Source: an uncultured Verrucomicrobiae bacterium
GTDB taxonomy: Bacteria > Verrucomicrobiota > Verrucomicrobiia > Limisphaerales > JAFGQR01
Direction: 5' to 3'
NCBI GenBank assembly: GCA_963788655.1
Contig: CAWBHS010000087.1
Coordinates: forward strand, 128,001-192,000
Length of the DNA stretch: 64,000 nucleotides
Shown here piece by piece: positions 29,570 to 39,105 of this stretch. The notes beneath the pieces are model-generated. The model was not told the DNA's origin. It saw nothing but the letters and a program-made list of their open reading frames with translations, and made no database searches. How positions within the stretch are numbered: position 1 is the stretch's first letter; every line of letters begins with the position of its first letter. A program made the position numbers and the translations under genes.

Positions 29570-31015
29570 CTACACTTTTTCCAGCGACCAGCCGTTGTGA
29601 TACGGCTGTTGCAACAACCCGTTGGCGTCCGCATCGTTGGTGAACTGCGCCTTGGTGGCGTCCCATTCGAGGCGTTTGCCTCTACGGATGGCAATGTTGC
29701 CAAGCAGGACCGCTTCCGTGAGCAAGGCGGCCCAATCGAAATGACAGCCCGCCTTGGGACCACCACGACAGGCCTCCATCCATTCGGCCCAAGTGCCGCC
29801 GCGGCGCTCCAAAGTGCGCGGCACATCCGCAAACTTTTTCGCCCGGTCCGCGGAAAGGATCTGCGCTCCGAGCATCTTGCCTTCATCGCCGATGTACATC
29901 GTGCCTTCGTCGCCCAACGGTTTGCCTCCCATTTCCTCCGGATACGGCGGCTGCAATCCGCCGTCATACCAGACAATGCGCAGCGGCGGCAGATCGCCAC
30001 GCGCAGGAAAGTCATACGTGACAATGCTGGCCAGCGGCGCGGTTTCGGGAAGGACTTTCGTGGACGTGGCGGAAACGCGAACGGGATGCGCCAGTTTCAA
30101 GGCGCGGTAGGGCGTGTTCAGCCAGTGGCAGCCCATGTCGCCCAACGCGCCGGTGCCGAAATCCCACCAGCCGCGGAAATTCCAGGGATGATACACCGCT
30201 TTGTACGGCGGGGGATTACCGCCGGGCAAATTAGCCTGCAACAGCGCGTAATCGCCATCGGCCCATGTGTTCTTGAAGGGACGCTCTGGAGCGGGGCCCA
30301 GCCAGAGCTTCCAGTCGAGCTGCGACGGGATCGGGTCGGCGCCGGGTGGACGCAACATGCCTTGCGGCCACAGCGGGCGGCTGGACCAAATGTGAACTTC
30401 ACGCACGGGACCGATGGCGCCGGCTTGGATCAATTCGCAGGTGCGGCAGGCGGTTTCGCTGGTATTGGGGGACGCGGTGACTTGCGTGGCCACGCCGGCT
30501 TTGCGGGCTTCCTCGACCACCACGCGAGTTTCATGCATGGTTCGCGTCAAGGGCTTCACGCAACAGACGTGTTTCTTCTTCCGCAGCGCGGCCACGGAGA
30601 TCAAGGCGTGCGTGTGATCGGGCGTGCCGCAATAAACGGCATCGATCTTGTCGCTCTCGCTGGTCAACATTTCGCGAAAGTCACGGTAACGCCGGGCTTG
30701 CGGCCAGCGATCATAGGCCTTCTTGGCGTAAGCATCATCCACGTCGCAAAGCGCGTTGATCTGAAAGCCCACCTTGTCGCACTCTTGCAATTGCCCGAAC
30801 CCTACGCCGCCAATACCCACCCCGCCCAGGCTCAGTTTGTCATTGGGGCCAGGTTGGCCGGGTGCGCCCAAGACGTGCCGCGGGACGATACTCACGGTGG
30901 CACTGACGGCCGCCGCCGTGCGCAAAAACCGGCGGCGCGTCCAAGGATTGCTGGTGGAAGAACCGTTGGCTGAACTGAGTTGGGGTGCCGAGGGGATATT
31001 TAGATGCGTTTTCAT
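29570..31015 (-). CDS. Gfo/Idh/MocA-family oxidoreductase, Tat-exported
   Basis: TRRRFL Tat motif; GVGIGGVG, TPDHTHA, DWKLWLGPAP, WRG-like FRGWWDFGTGALGDMGCH. Confidence 0.93.
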   Translation of the reverse strand: MKTHLNIPSAPQLSSANGSSTSNPWTRRRFLRTAAAVSATVSIVPRHVLGAPGQPGPNDKLSLGGVGIGGVGFGQLQECDKVGFQINALCDVDDAYAKKAYDRWPQARRYRDFREMLTSESDKIDAVYCGTPDHTHALISVAALRKKKHVCCVKPLTRTMHETRVVVEEARKAGVATQVTASPNTSETACRTCELIQAGAIGPVREVHIWSSRPLWPQGMLRPPGADPIPSQLDWKLWLGPAPERPFKNTWADGDYALLQANLPGGNPPPYKAVYHPWNFRGWWDFGTGALGDMGCHWLNTPYRALKLAHPVRVSATSTKVLPETAPLASIVTYDFPARGDLPPLRIVWYDGGLQPPYPEEMGGKPLGDEGTMYIGDEGKMLGAQILSADRAKKFADVPRTLERRGGTWAEWMEACRGGPKAGCHFDWAALLTEAVLLGNIAIRRGKRLEWDATKAQFTNDADANGLLQQPYHNGWSLEKV

Positions 31016-31108
31016 GGTTCAAAGAATTTTCTTAGATCAAAATGCATTAGGATAGGAGCGCCGACACGAATATCAGCACTCCCCCGAATCGGTACTCGAT
31101 GGTTCTCA

Positions 31109-31240
31109 AAGCCTGTTTTAAAGCTCCAGCCAGCCCGTAGCAGCCGACGTGTAGAGGCTCAGCTTTTCTCGAAAAATCTGGCCGCGCGCGACATGAATTA
31201 GCCTCCTTACGGCGGCTGCTACCATTGTGCAAACAGGTTC
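31109..31240. mobile_element. MITE-like element, family A (132 bp)
   Basis: Ends AAGCCTGTTT / AAACAGGTTC, flanked by TCA on both sides; colinear with 1053-1180. Confidence 0.78.
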
Positions 31241-32590
31241 TCAGAGCGCCACGGTTTGCCCCGGCATGGCGATGGGATAATTCCCCTGGGCATCCGGCAT
31301 CACCGGGGCGTCATCGCTCCATTTCATGTCTTCCAGATTGGGAGCCAATTTCAGATCTGACGCCAGGGCTTCCTCCCAGGTAATGCGTCGGCCCGATTCG
31401 CAGGCCATGCGGCCCATGATCGCGGTGAGACACGATTTGGCGCAGCGTTCCGTCTCGTTGTAAGGCTTGTCGTTGCGGATCGCGTCAAAGAACAAGTCGT
31501 GTTCGTTTTGGTACGCGTCGCACGGCGGTCCCTGGTGTCTCCAAATAATGGCATCCGACGTCTGATTGTGGCCCTTGAAGATGCGAGGATTGGACTGGCC
31601 TTCGCCGAGCACCGCCGAGCCGGTGGCGCCCTGGATGACATCGCCAAAGAAATCCCAACACCGGCTGATGTGCCGGCCCTGGGCCATCATGCGCGTGCCG
31701 TCGGGGAAGGTGTATTCAGCGCCGTAGTGGTCAAAGAGTTGGTCCTTGTCCCGGCGCACTTGGCGGCCGCCCATGCCCTGGACGGAAACCGGGTAGGCAT
31801 CCTTGACCCAGCAACAGACGTCGATGTTGTGAATCAGCCAATCGACGATGAAGCTGCCGTTGAGCCAGGTGTAATTACTGTAATTGTGAATTTGATGGGC
31901 GAGTTCGCTTTCTCCCGGTTGCCGCGCGCTGAAGCCGACCGGCCCGTGCATGCGGTAGGCCCATTCGGTGATCACTTCGCCAATGAGCCCGTTGTGAATT
32001 TGTTCGACGGCTTCCTCGAGCGGCTTGTAATGGCGGCTCATCAGACCGCCGGCGATCTTGAGATTCTTCTTCTTCGCTTCTTCGCCAAGGGCCAGCACGT
32101 GCCGGATGCCGGGGCCATCGACGGCAAACGATTTTTCCATGAACACGTTGATCCCTTTCTTCACGGCGTAATCGAGGTGAATGTGGCGGAACGCGGGCGG
32201 GGTGGTGAGCAGCACCACGTCACCCTTGTCGAGCGTATCAATGGCCTTCTTAAACGCGTCCAGACCGATAAATTCGCGGTCGCGCGCCACGTCCACCTTT
32301 TGGTCCAATCGCTGCTTGAGCTGGCTGAGACAGCCGGAAAGCCGATTGTCGAATACGTCGGCCGCGGCCCACAACTTGGTGGGGCCGGTGGTCGAAAGGG
32401 CCTGCGCCGCGGCGCCGGTGCCGCGCCCGCCGCAACCGACGATGGCGATCTTGATGGTGTTGTTCTCGGCCGCGTAACCCGGACGGGCGATCGCGCCGGC
32501 CAACGCGGCGCCCGCCACCGCTTTACTGGAGGTCTTCAGAAATTCCCGACGGGTGGTGGGTGAGGATGAGGTGCTATGGGTGGAGTTCAT
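31241..32590 (-). CDS. Gfo/Idh/MocA-family oxidoreductase, Tat-exported
   Basis: TRREFLK Tat motif; IVGCGGRGTGAA, LTTPPAFR, FMEKSFAVD, IHNIDV. Confidence 0.93.
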   Translation of the reverse strand: MNSTHSTSSSPTTRREFLKTSSKAVAGAALAGAIARPGYAAENNTIKIAIVGCGGRGTGAAAQALSTTGPTKLWAAADVFDNRLSGCLSQLKQRLDQKVDVARDREFIGLDAFKKAIDTLDKGDVVLLTTPPAFRHIHLDYAVKKGINVFMEKSFAVDGPGIRHVLALGEEAKKKNLKIAGGLMSRHYKPLEEAVEQIHNGLIGEVITEWAYRMHGPVGFSARQPGESELAHQIHNYSNYTWLNGSFIVDWLIHNIDVCCWVKDAYPVSVQGMGGRQVRRDKDQLFDHYGAEYTFPDGTRMMAQGRHISRCWDFFGDVIQGATGSAVLGEGQSNPRIFKGHNQTSDAIIWRHQGPPCDAYQNEHDLFFDAIRNDKPYNETERCAKSCLTAIMGRMACESGRRITWEEALASDLKLAPNLEDMKWSDDAPVMPDAQGNYPIAMPGQTVAL

Positions 32591-32829
32591 GTCAAAATAC
32601 TTTCCGGTTAAGGACGCACTACACATTGTTTATTAAGATTCGACCGATCATTTCGCAGTTGGGCCACGCTGGCAAGCGCGTTTCGTGGTCGTGGGTGATC
32701 GTCGTTTGGTTTCCGACGAACCAACGCGGCGGTTTATTCGGCGGACCATTCGATACGGTGCCGCCAGTTGCTCCGTCATTCGCGTCGTTCGCCACTCGGT
32801 ATTTCGGTCTGTCATGGCGCCGCGGAGCC

Positions 32830-34719
32830 TCACCATTCTTCCAACGGTTTGAGTTGCGGCGGCGGGATGGAATTGGCTTCGCCTTCTTTCAAGGGAGTCA
32901 GCAGCACTGCCAGGCGGAGCGATTTCGCGTCTTCGATATGAATCGCCAGTTTGCGGTAGCGGCTATTGCTCGCTTGTCGCGGCGGATTGGGCGAACTCGG
33001 TAGTGGTTCCGCCGGCATGACCTTGAATGTTGCGTTGGCCGGCGACACCAAGCGGGCCTCCAACCGCGCCGTTCCCTGGCGCAACATCGCCACCGTTCCC
33101 GCGTCATTGATTTCCACCGTTGCGGGCGTACAGAAGAACCACCAAAGCTCCGCCGGTTGGTCGGCTTGCACTTCATCCTGCACCAGCACTTGGCGGCGGT
33201 CGAGCAGCGCGAGGCCACGTTCCACCCGATTGGCTTGTCCGGAGTAGGCGCGGGTGAGATCGGCCACAGCCACTGCGCGCTCTGGGGTGGTCACAAACTT
33301 CACAATTGGCGCCACCGCCCGGGGATTCTGGTCGGGAGCTTTCCCCGGATTAATGAGCAGCGTATTGTGGCTCTCGGCGCGCAGACGGTAGTAGTTCCAA
33401 CGCTGGTTGCCGAAGTAGGCGGGCAGGTTGTAATTGTCTGAACCCAAGTCCACGGCCCAGCGCGTGCCGAGCGCCTCCAGGATGAACGAGCCCAGATCCA
33501 GATGACTGTGATTGGCCTTGTTGTCCCCCGCTTTCAGCCCAACAAACAGCGCGTTCGGATCATCCCAGGCACTGCGCAAGGTCACGACTTCCGCGTGGCG
33601 ATAGTATTTATCGAGCGGCGGCGAAGTGGCCGGCGGACGAGCGAGCGCAGCATCGTACCAAAGCAAATCAAGCGGATGCGCCCGAGCCACCTGGCGTTGG
33701 TACCAGGCGTACTCGGGATGGTTGAACTTCCGCGCCAGCCAAAACAATACCGGATCGCGGATGACGCCTTCGTGGGAATCGGCATAGTTGAATGAACGCC
33801 CGCTGGGGCCTGAGGCATAGATGGGGAATGAGCCCGCTTCGGAAAAACCCTGAATGCCCGTCAAGCCGAAGTCGGTGCCGAGTGCGGTTTGCAGGGCGGC
33901 GAGCAAGGTCACATTGTAAGTGGTCGCGTAGCTCCAATATCCCGGGCCTTCGGCCCAAGCGCCATCCGGCCCGTATTCGACCATGGCGAGCTGGATGGAT
34001 TTCAGGGCGGCCGACAGGAATTGCCCGGCCAATTTCGGTTCTACGTCCGCCAAGGCGAGCGCGCCCATGCCGATGCCGCCGTTGCAAACCTGATTCCAAT
34101 TGTGGTGCGCCTTGGCCCACCACCGGCCTTCAACGTGAACCTGCAATCCCAGCTTGATACCCTTCTCGACCATCGCGGTGCGCAAGGTGGTGCGTTGGGC
34201 TTCGGTCCAAGCGTCGTAGAGCCAGTCGTAAGCGATGGCAAAGGCATGGGTCATTTCGGCGGTATCGAGGAAATGGCGCGGGTTCCAGTCGGGGAAGTTC
34301 GCGGCGGCGTTTAGTTCCTGCCACAGACGTTCCTGGTAGCGCCGGTCGCCGTCGAGCCGATAAAGCAGGCCCAGCGTGTAGGTGCGTTGCAACACGCGGC
34401 GGCTGGTGGCGAGCAAGCGGAGGCCATCGGGAATTTCGTATTTGGACGGCGATTGCGTGATGATCCGGTCACCGTTGGCGCGCAACTCCGCGTGCCATTT
34501 CTTCAAGAGTTCGTCCGACTGAATCCGTTGCTTGAGGGCTGCGAAGTCTGCCGTGGAAGCCAGCAGCCGCGGGTGTTCGGGTTTGAGCGTTTTGAGAATC
34601 TGCTCCGCGGACGGAATCGGGACGGGCGTCGAAGGTTTGACACTACCGGGTGCCGCCCGCACAGAGAAGGTACAGGACAACACCAGCAAAAGAGTGGGCA
34701 ATACGGGGCGTATGTTCAT
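32830..34719 (-). CDS. heparinase II/III-family protein (putative oligosaccharide lyase)
   Basis: Signal peptide; HPRLL, WNPRHFLDTAEM, HNWNQVCNGG, EGPGYWSY, NHSHLDLGSF, SHNTLLIN. Confidence 0.9.
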   Translation of the reverse strand: MNIRPVLPTLLLVLSCTFSVRAAPGSVKPSTPVPIPSAEQILKTLKPEHPRLLASTADFAALKQRIQSDELLKKWHAELRANGDRIITQSPSKYEIPDGLRLLATSRRVLQRTYTLGLLYRLDGDRRYQERLWQELNAAANFPDWNPRHFLDTAEMTHAFAIAYDWLYDAWTEAQRTTLRTAMVEKGIKLGLQVHVEGRWWAKAHHNWNQVCNGGIGMGALALADVEPKLAGQFLSAALKSIQLAMVEYGPDGAWAEGPGYWSYATTYNVTLLAALQTALGTDFGLTGIQGFSEAGSFPIYASGPSGRSFNYADSHEGVIRDPVLFWLARKFNHPEYAWYQRQVARAHPLDLLWYDAALARPPATSPPLDKYYRHAEVVTLRSAWDDPNALFVGLKAGDNKANHSHLDLGSFILEALGTRWAVDLGSDNYNLPAYFGNQRWNYYRLRAESHNTLLINPGKAPDQNPRAVAPIVKFVTTPERAVAVADLTRAYSGQANRVERGLALLDRRQVLVQDEVQADQPAELWWFFCTPATVEINDAGTVAMLRQGTARLEARLVSPANATFKVMPAEPLPSSPNPPRQASNSRYRKLAIHIEDAKSLRLAVLLTPLKEGEANSIPPPQLKPLEEW

Positions 34720-34861
34720 GTTGAGTTAGATGGAAACAGGCGGCGGAAATTCAATGGAAGGGGATGAAAGGGACTGATCGCACCAATTGGATTGCAGGAC
34801 CAACGAACCCGGCACGGGCCGAAGAACGGGCGCGCATTTGGGTGGTGGCTATCGCGCCTAA

Positions 34862-35055
34862 ACCGTATTCATTCAGGCTGGAGCAGCGATGACGCGCTTC
34901 GGCGCGGCAGGACAGGCGTCTCGTCGGTCTTGAAATAGACGAGCGCTTTCCTCACTATTTGGTAACGTATAGAAAGTTTGGACGCTGTAACCCAAATCCC
35001 TGGCTTGCGGCCGTTCGAGACCGGCGGGACGCCTGTCCTGCTGAACGGTTACGGT
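34862..35055. mobile_element. MITE-like element, family B (194 bp, inverted relative to 21015-21208)
   Basis: Ends ACCGTATTCATTCAG / CTGAACGGTTACGGT; flanks TAA/TAG; internal GCAGGACAGGCGTC..GACGCCTGTCCTGC doublet. Confidence 0.72.
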
Positions 35056-35112
35056 TAGGCCGCACCCTAAGTGCGCTTGTTTGCTGACTCAATTCGACTG
35101 TTATTTGGTAAA

Positions 35113-36618
35113 ATGAAATCAATGAACCGATTCTCTCAATTGTCCTCGAAGAAAACCGCCGGTTTGCTGACGCTCTTGCTTTTGCTTGGGCTGGTACTTC
35201 CGGTGCGGGCCGAAGATTACGTTGCCCACACCTTCACGAACGCCACCGGGCAGACGCTGCCGTACCGTTTGTTGGAGCCGAAAGCGGAGTTCAAAAATCA
35301 ACCGGTCCCGCTGGTGCTCTTCTTCCATGGCGCCGGCGAACGCGGCACCGACAACGCAGCGCAACTCAGGCATGGCACCGGCCTTTTTGCCCGGCCGGCA
35401 AACCGTGAACAATATCCGTGCTACGTATTGGCGCCGCAATGCCCGCCGAACCAACAATGGGTGGATATGCCCTGGGGAACCGAATCGGGCGCGCGTCCCG
35501 CGCAACCCAGCGCCGCCATGTCGCTCGCGCTCGAAATTCTCGACCAGGTCATCCGGGACCATTCTGTTGATACCAACCGGCTGTACGTCACCGGCCTGTC
35601 GATGGGCGGCTATGCCACGTGGGATTGTCTGACGCGCTTTCCCGGGCGGTTCGCCGCGGCGGTGCCGATTTGTGGGGGCGGCGCTGAAAAGACCGTCACG
35701 GCAGCCGTCGCCAAGGTGCCGGTTTGGGCGTTTCATTCCGACGATGATCCCGTGGTGAAGGTCGCTCGCACGCGCCACATGATTCAGGCCCTGCGTGATG
35801 CGGGCGGCCACCCGAAGTATTTCGAGTATTGGGGGCTCGGCCATGGCTCATGGGGGCGCGCCTACGACGAGCCCGAGTTGTTGGCCTGGATGTTCGCCCA
35901 ACGCCTCAGCCAACCGGACACCTACACCCTCAAGACCCCCGCGCCTGAAAAGCCGGAGGTGGCTCGCTTCCCAAATGATTCCGAGTTTCCGGGCCAAGGC
36001 CCGATCCGCAAATGGGACTGGTTCCGCAAGCTGTGGAGCGAGCGGCGCCTGAAATGGTGGCAGAACCGTGAGAAAGACCACGGGGCGGTTGTGTTTCTGG
36101 GCGATTCCATCATGCAAGGCTGGGGCAGCCTGGCCAAGGATTTCCCGAACTTCAAAGTGGCCAATCGCGGTATCAGCGGCGACGTGACGCGCGGAGTCCT
36201 GTACCGTTTGAAAGAAGACGTGCTTGATCTCGATCCGGCTGCCGTCGTGTTATTGATCGGGACGAATGACCTGGAAGACAATGGTGATCCGGCCGTGATC
36301 GTCGAGAACATCCGCACCATTCTCGCTCGGCTGACGGAGCACAATCCCAAGCTGCCGGTCATTGTGTGTAACGTGATGCCCAGCGACGCCAGCAAGCACC
36401 GTCCGGCCGACAAGATTCAACAGATTAACGCGCGTTTGGACAAAATCGTGGCTACCGATCCACAACTCATCGAATGTGACACCTACGCACTCTTTGCCAA
36501 CGACCAAGGTAACGCCACGAAAGCCGAATTCCCGGATCTGCTGCACCCGAACGCTGCCGGTTATGCCAAATGGGCGCAAGCACTGCGGCCCCTGCTGGCG
36601 AAACTGAATCTGAAGTAG
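35113..36618 (+). CDS. secreted two-domain esterase: alpha/beta hydrolase + SGNH/GDSL hydrolase
   Basis: PLVLFFHGAGERG, TGLSMGGY, then FLGDSI, NRGISGD, IGTND, DLLHPN. Confidence 0.9.
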   Translation: MKSMNRFSQLSSKKTAGLLTLLLLLGLVLPVRAEDYVAHTFTNATGQTLPYRLLEPKAEFKNQPVPLVLFFHGAGERGTDNAAQLRHGTGLFARPANREQYPCYVLAPQCPPNQQWVDMPWGTESGARPAQPSAAMSLALEILDQVIRDHSVDTNRLYVTGLSMGGYATWDCLTRFPGRFAAAVPICGGGAEKTVTAAVAKVPVWAFHSDDDPVVKVARTRHMIQALRDAGGHPKYFEYWGLGHGSWGRAYDEPELLAWMFAQRLSQPDTYTLKTPAPEKPEVARFPNDSEFPGQGPIRKWDWFRKLWSERRLKWWQNREKDHGAVVFLGDSIMQGWGSLAKDFPNFKVANRGISGDVTRGVLYRLKEDVLDLDPAAVVLLIGTNDLEDNGDPAVIVENIRTILARLTEHNPKLPVIVCNVMPSDASKHRPADKIQQINARLDKIVATDPQLIECDTYALFANDQGNATKAEFPDLLHPNAAGYAKWAQALRPLLAKLNLK

Positions 36619-36846
36619 CGGTTTTAGGTTCGGCAACAATCGAATGGGTTCGAGAGAAACCTCATGACCTTTCGCGATTCGAGACAGACGTTCTCGGTTG
36701 TCTTGAAGATCCCGAAACCGTCATCGGCATTGGCGAGTAATGTCGAAACGGGTTTCCCTGGACCGTCGGAACTCCTGTTATCCTTTATGGAACTGGGCGC
36801 CAAAAGTAATCTATTCACCAAAGAGGACGCCGCGCAAAGGCATGGT

Positions 36847-38778
36847 TCATTCACCCAACAGCTTGACCAACATCGGCTCAATCGCTTTGGCCAGCACGGC
36901 ATATCCCCGGGCGGTAGGGTGCAGGTAGTCAGCCATCAGTTCGGCTGGAATGCTGCCGTCGGGATTAACGAACTGTTGGCCAATGTCTAGGTAAGTCACG
37001 TTGGCATGCCCTTCCAGTTTGGCAATTCCTGTATTGACGTCCGCCAGCTTTGCCCGGTGGGCGTCCGGGTGCGGCGAACGCGGCAAAATGCCGAGCAGCA
37101 GTATCTTTGTTTGCGGGAGGCAGCGGTGTAATTCGTTACAAAGCGCGCGGATACCCTCGACGATTTCCTCGGGAGTGTTCACGTCGAGATTGTTGGTGCC
37201 GATCAGGACCACGGCCACCTTCGGGGTGGCGTGGTCGAGTTCGCCGTGCCGCAGTCGCCAGAGCACGTTCTCGGTGCGATCCCAACCAAAACCCAGGTTG
37301 ACCGTATTGCGGGGGGCATAGAACTTCTGCCAGACCTCACCGCCATTCACGATCCGGGCGCGAGGTTCGCCGCCGAAAAAATGGGTAATGGAATCGCCAA
37401 TGAACACCAGAGCCGGTTGGCGCTCACGAACAAGCGCGCAGACGGCGGCATGGCGCGCCGGCCAGTCGTAGTTGCGCCAGTCGCGGTTCTGCGTCATGGG
37501 CAGCATGACCGAAGGCGGTCGAACCGGCGCGACTCCCCGCGTAGTGATAGACGAGAAATCAACGCTGGCCACCGGACCGTTGGCTTTATCGTCCGGGGTA
37601 AAGGCCCGCGCCTTGACGGTGCCTTGGTAAGGAAACGGGATCGGCGCGAGATACGCTCCCGCGTCCCGTTGCGGTTCGGAACCATCCAAGGTGTAGCGCA
37701 CGGTAAGATGGGCGGCGATGCACGTGAGGGTTACGTTCCCCTGTTCGTCGCGTTGAATCTCCGGCGCCGGCAACGCGCTGGTCAGGTCGTGGATCCTGGC
37801 TTCCAGATCGTCCGCCCGTTCTTGGGCTTCGGGCAGTGGCAGGCCCCGGTTCATGCCGGGACGCCGGTGGCCGACGGCGGTCAGCCAGGCATCTTTCAGA
37901 AGGCGCTGGCGTTGTTGGACCAGCTTGAACACCGCCGCACCATTCGGCGAGCCGGCGAGCATCTCCTGGGGATTTTCCATGGCGGCGAACTTCCGCGTGG
38001 CCTCGAAATGTCCCAGTAATTGCCGGGCCATCAGCCAATGGCCGGCATCATTGGGGTGGACACCGTCGCCGGCGAAACGAAAACCGGGATCGTGCTGGCG
38101 CTGTTTCGTGAGGAATCGGTTCATGGGGCCGTGCAAATCGATCACCTCCCAGCCGTTGGTGCGTTGGGTTAGCAGCCAAGCGGAGTAGCGATCCAACACT
38201 TGATTGTAGCCTTCGTATGGACGGCGATATTCGGTCAGGCCGGCTGGCAGGGTTTTGCCTTGGAGCGGCAGCGGATCGAAGGTGGGCGGCGTCAGCCAAA
38301 TCAGGCGGGCTCCGGTTCGAGTGACTTGCTCGTGCAACCAGCGAACGCCGGACTGAAACTTATCAAATCGTTCTTCGCTAAACGGGTAGTAGATGCCGTC
38401 GTTCATTCCGTAGCAGGCGAAGACCACGTCCGGCTTGATTTGATGCAGCGCCCGGCTGAGTCGCTCGTGCAAATCCGGCCGTGGGAAGGCGCCCCCAGCA
38501 TGGCCCGGCTCCGTCAGGCCGGACACCGTTTCGCTGGGCAATCCGAGGTTGATGAGCTCGAACGGACGATGATCCGGCAGCAACCGCAGGGCGGTTTCGA
38601 AATACTCCACGTATTGGCCGCTGTAAGTGATGCTGTCGCCGAGGAAGAGGATGCGGCCATTCGGCGCCGCTGGTTCCGCGGCAGCCAGGGGTACCGACAC
38701 CGTGAACAGCAGCAGAGCCAATTGAAATGGCGCAAGCTTCGTCGCTTGCCTTGGGCTTCCACGCAGAATGGATTTCAT
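36847..38778 (-). CDS. secreted double SGNH/GDSL hydrolase with a central chitobiase-C/Fn3-associated domain
   Basis: Two GDSIT..GxN(D/N)..DxxHP sets; linker RYTLDGSEP..Y..PI..VKARAF. Confidence 0.9.
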   Translation of the reverse strand: MKSILRGSPRQATKLAPFQLALLLFTVSVPLAAAEPAAPNGRILFLGDSITYSGQYVEYFETALRLLPDHRPFELINLGLPSETVSGLTEPGHAGGAFPRPDLHERLSRALHQIKPDVVFACYGMNDGIYYPFSEERFDKFQSGVRWLHEQVTRTGARLIWLTPPTFDPLPLQGKTLPAGLTEYRRPYEGYNQVLDRYSAWLLTQRTNGWEVIDLHGPMNRFLTKQRQHDPGFRFAGDGVHPNDAGHWLMARQLLGHFEATRKFAAMENPQEMLAGSPNGAAVFKLVQQRQRLLKDAWLTAVGHRRPGMNRGLPLPEAQERADDLEARIHDLTSALPAPEIQRDEQGNVTLTCIAAHLTVRYTLDGSEPQRDAGAYLAPIPFPYQGTVKARAFTPDDKANGPVASVDFSSITTRGVAPVRPPSVMLPMTQNRDWRNYDWPARHAAVCALVRERQPALVFIGDSITHFFGGEPRARIVNGGEVWQKFYAPRNTVNLGFGWDRTENVLWRLRHGELDHATPKVAVVLIGTNNLDVNTPEEIVEGIRALCNELHRCLPQTKILLLGILPRSPHPDAHRAKLADVNTGIAKLEGHANVTYLDIGQQFVNPDGSIPAELMADYLHPTARGYAVLAKAIEPMLVKLLGE

Positions 38779-38841
38779 GATTCGCAGCAAAATAGGCGGA
38801 TTGGGAAAGCTCAAGCTAAAACTAAGACTTGGATGGCTCAA

Positions 38842-38955
38842 TTCACCGCCAAGACACGTAGAGCGCAAAGGTATTAAATGGAATCCTTTGCGCTCTACGT
38901 GTCTTTGTGGTGAACCAAGCTGTGCTCTACGTGTCTTGGCGGTGAACCAAGCTGT
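38842..38955. repeat. 30-bp inverted repeat plus 32-bp tandem duplication
   Basis: Arms at 38842-38871 and 38885-38914; direct repeat at 38892-38923 and 38924-38955. Confidence 0.85.
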
Positions 38956-39105
38956 TCGCACGAGAGCGGGCATGCGGATTCGAATTAAACGTTCCCTCGA
39001 ACTGTCCAGCAGCTTCGAAACATCACATTCGACATTGTGCCCTAATGGCAACTAAACCGAATAACCCTTCACCCCTTACCCCTTCACCCGTTTGCGCCCG
39101 CCAGA

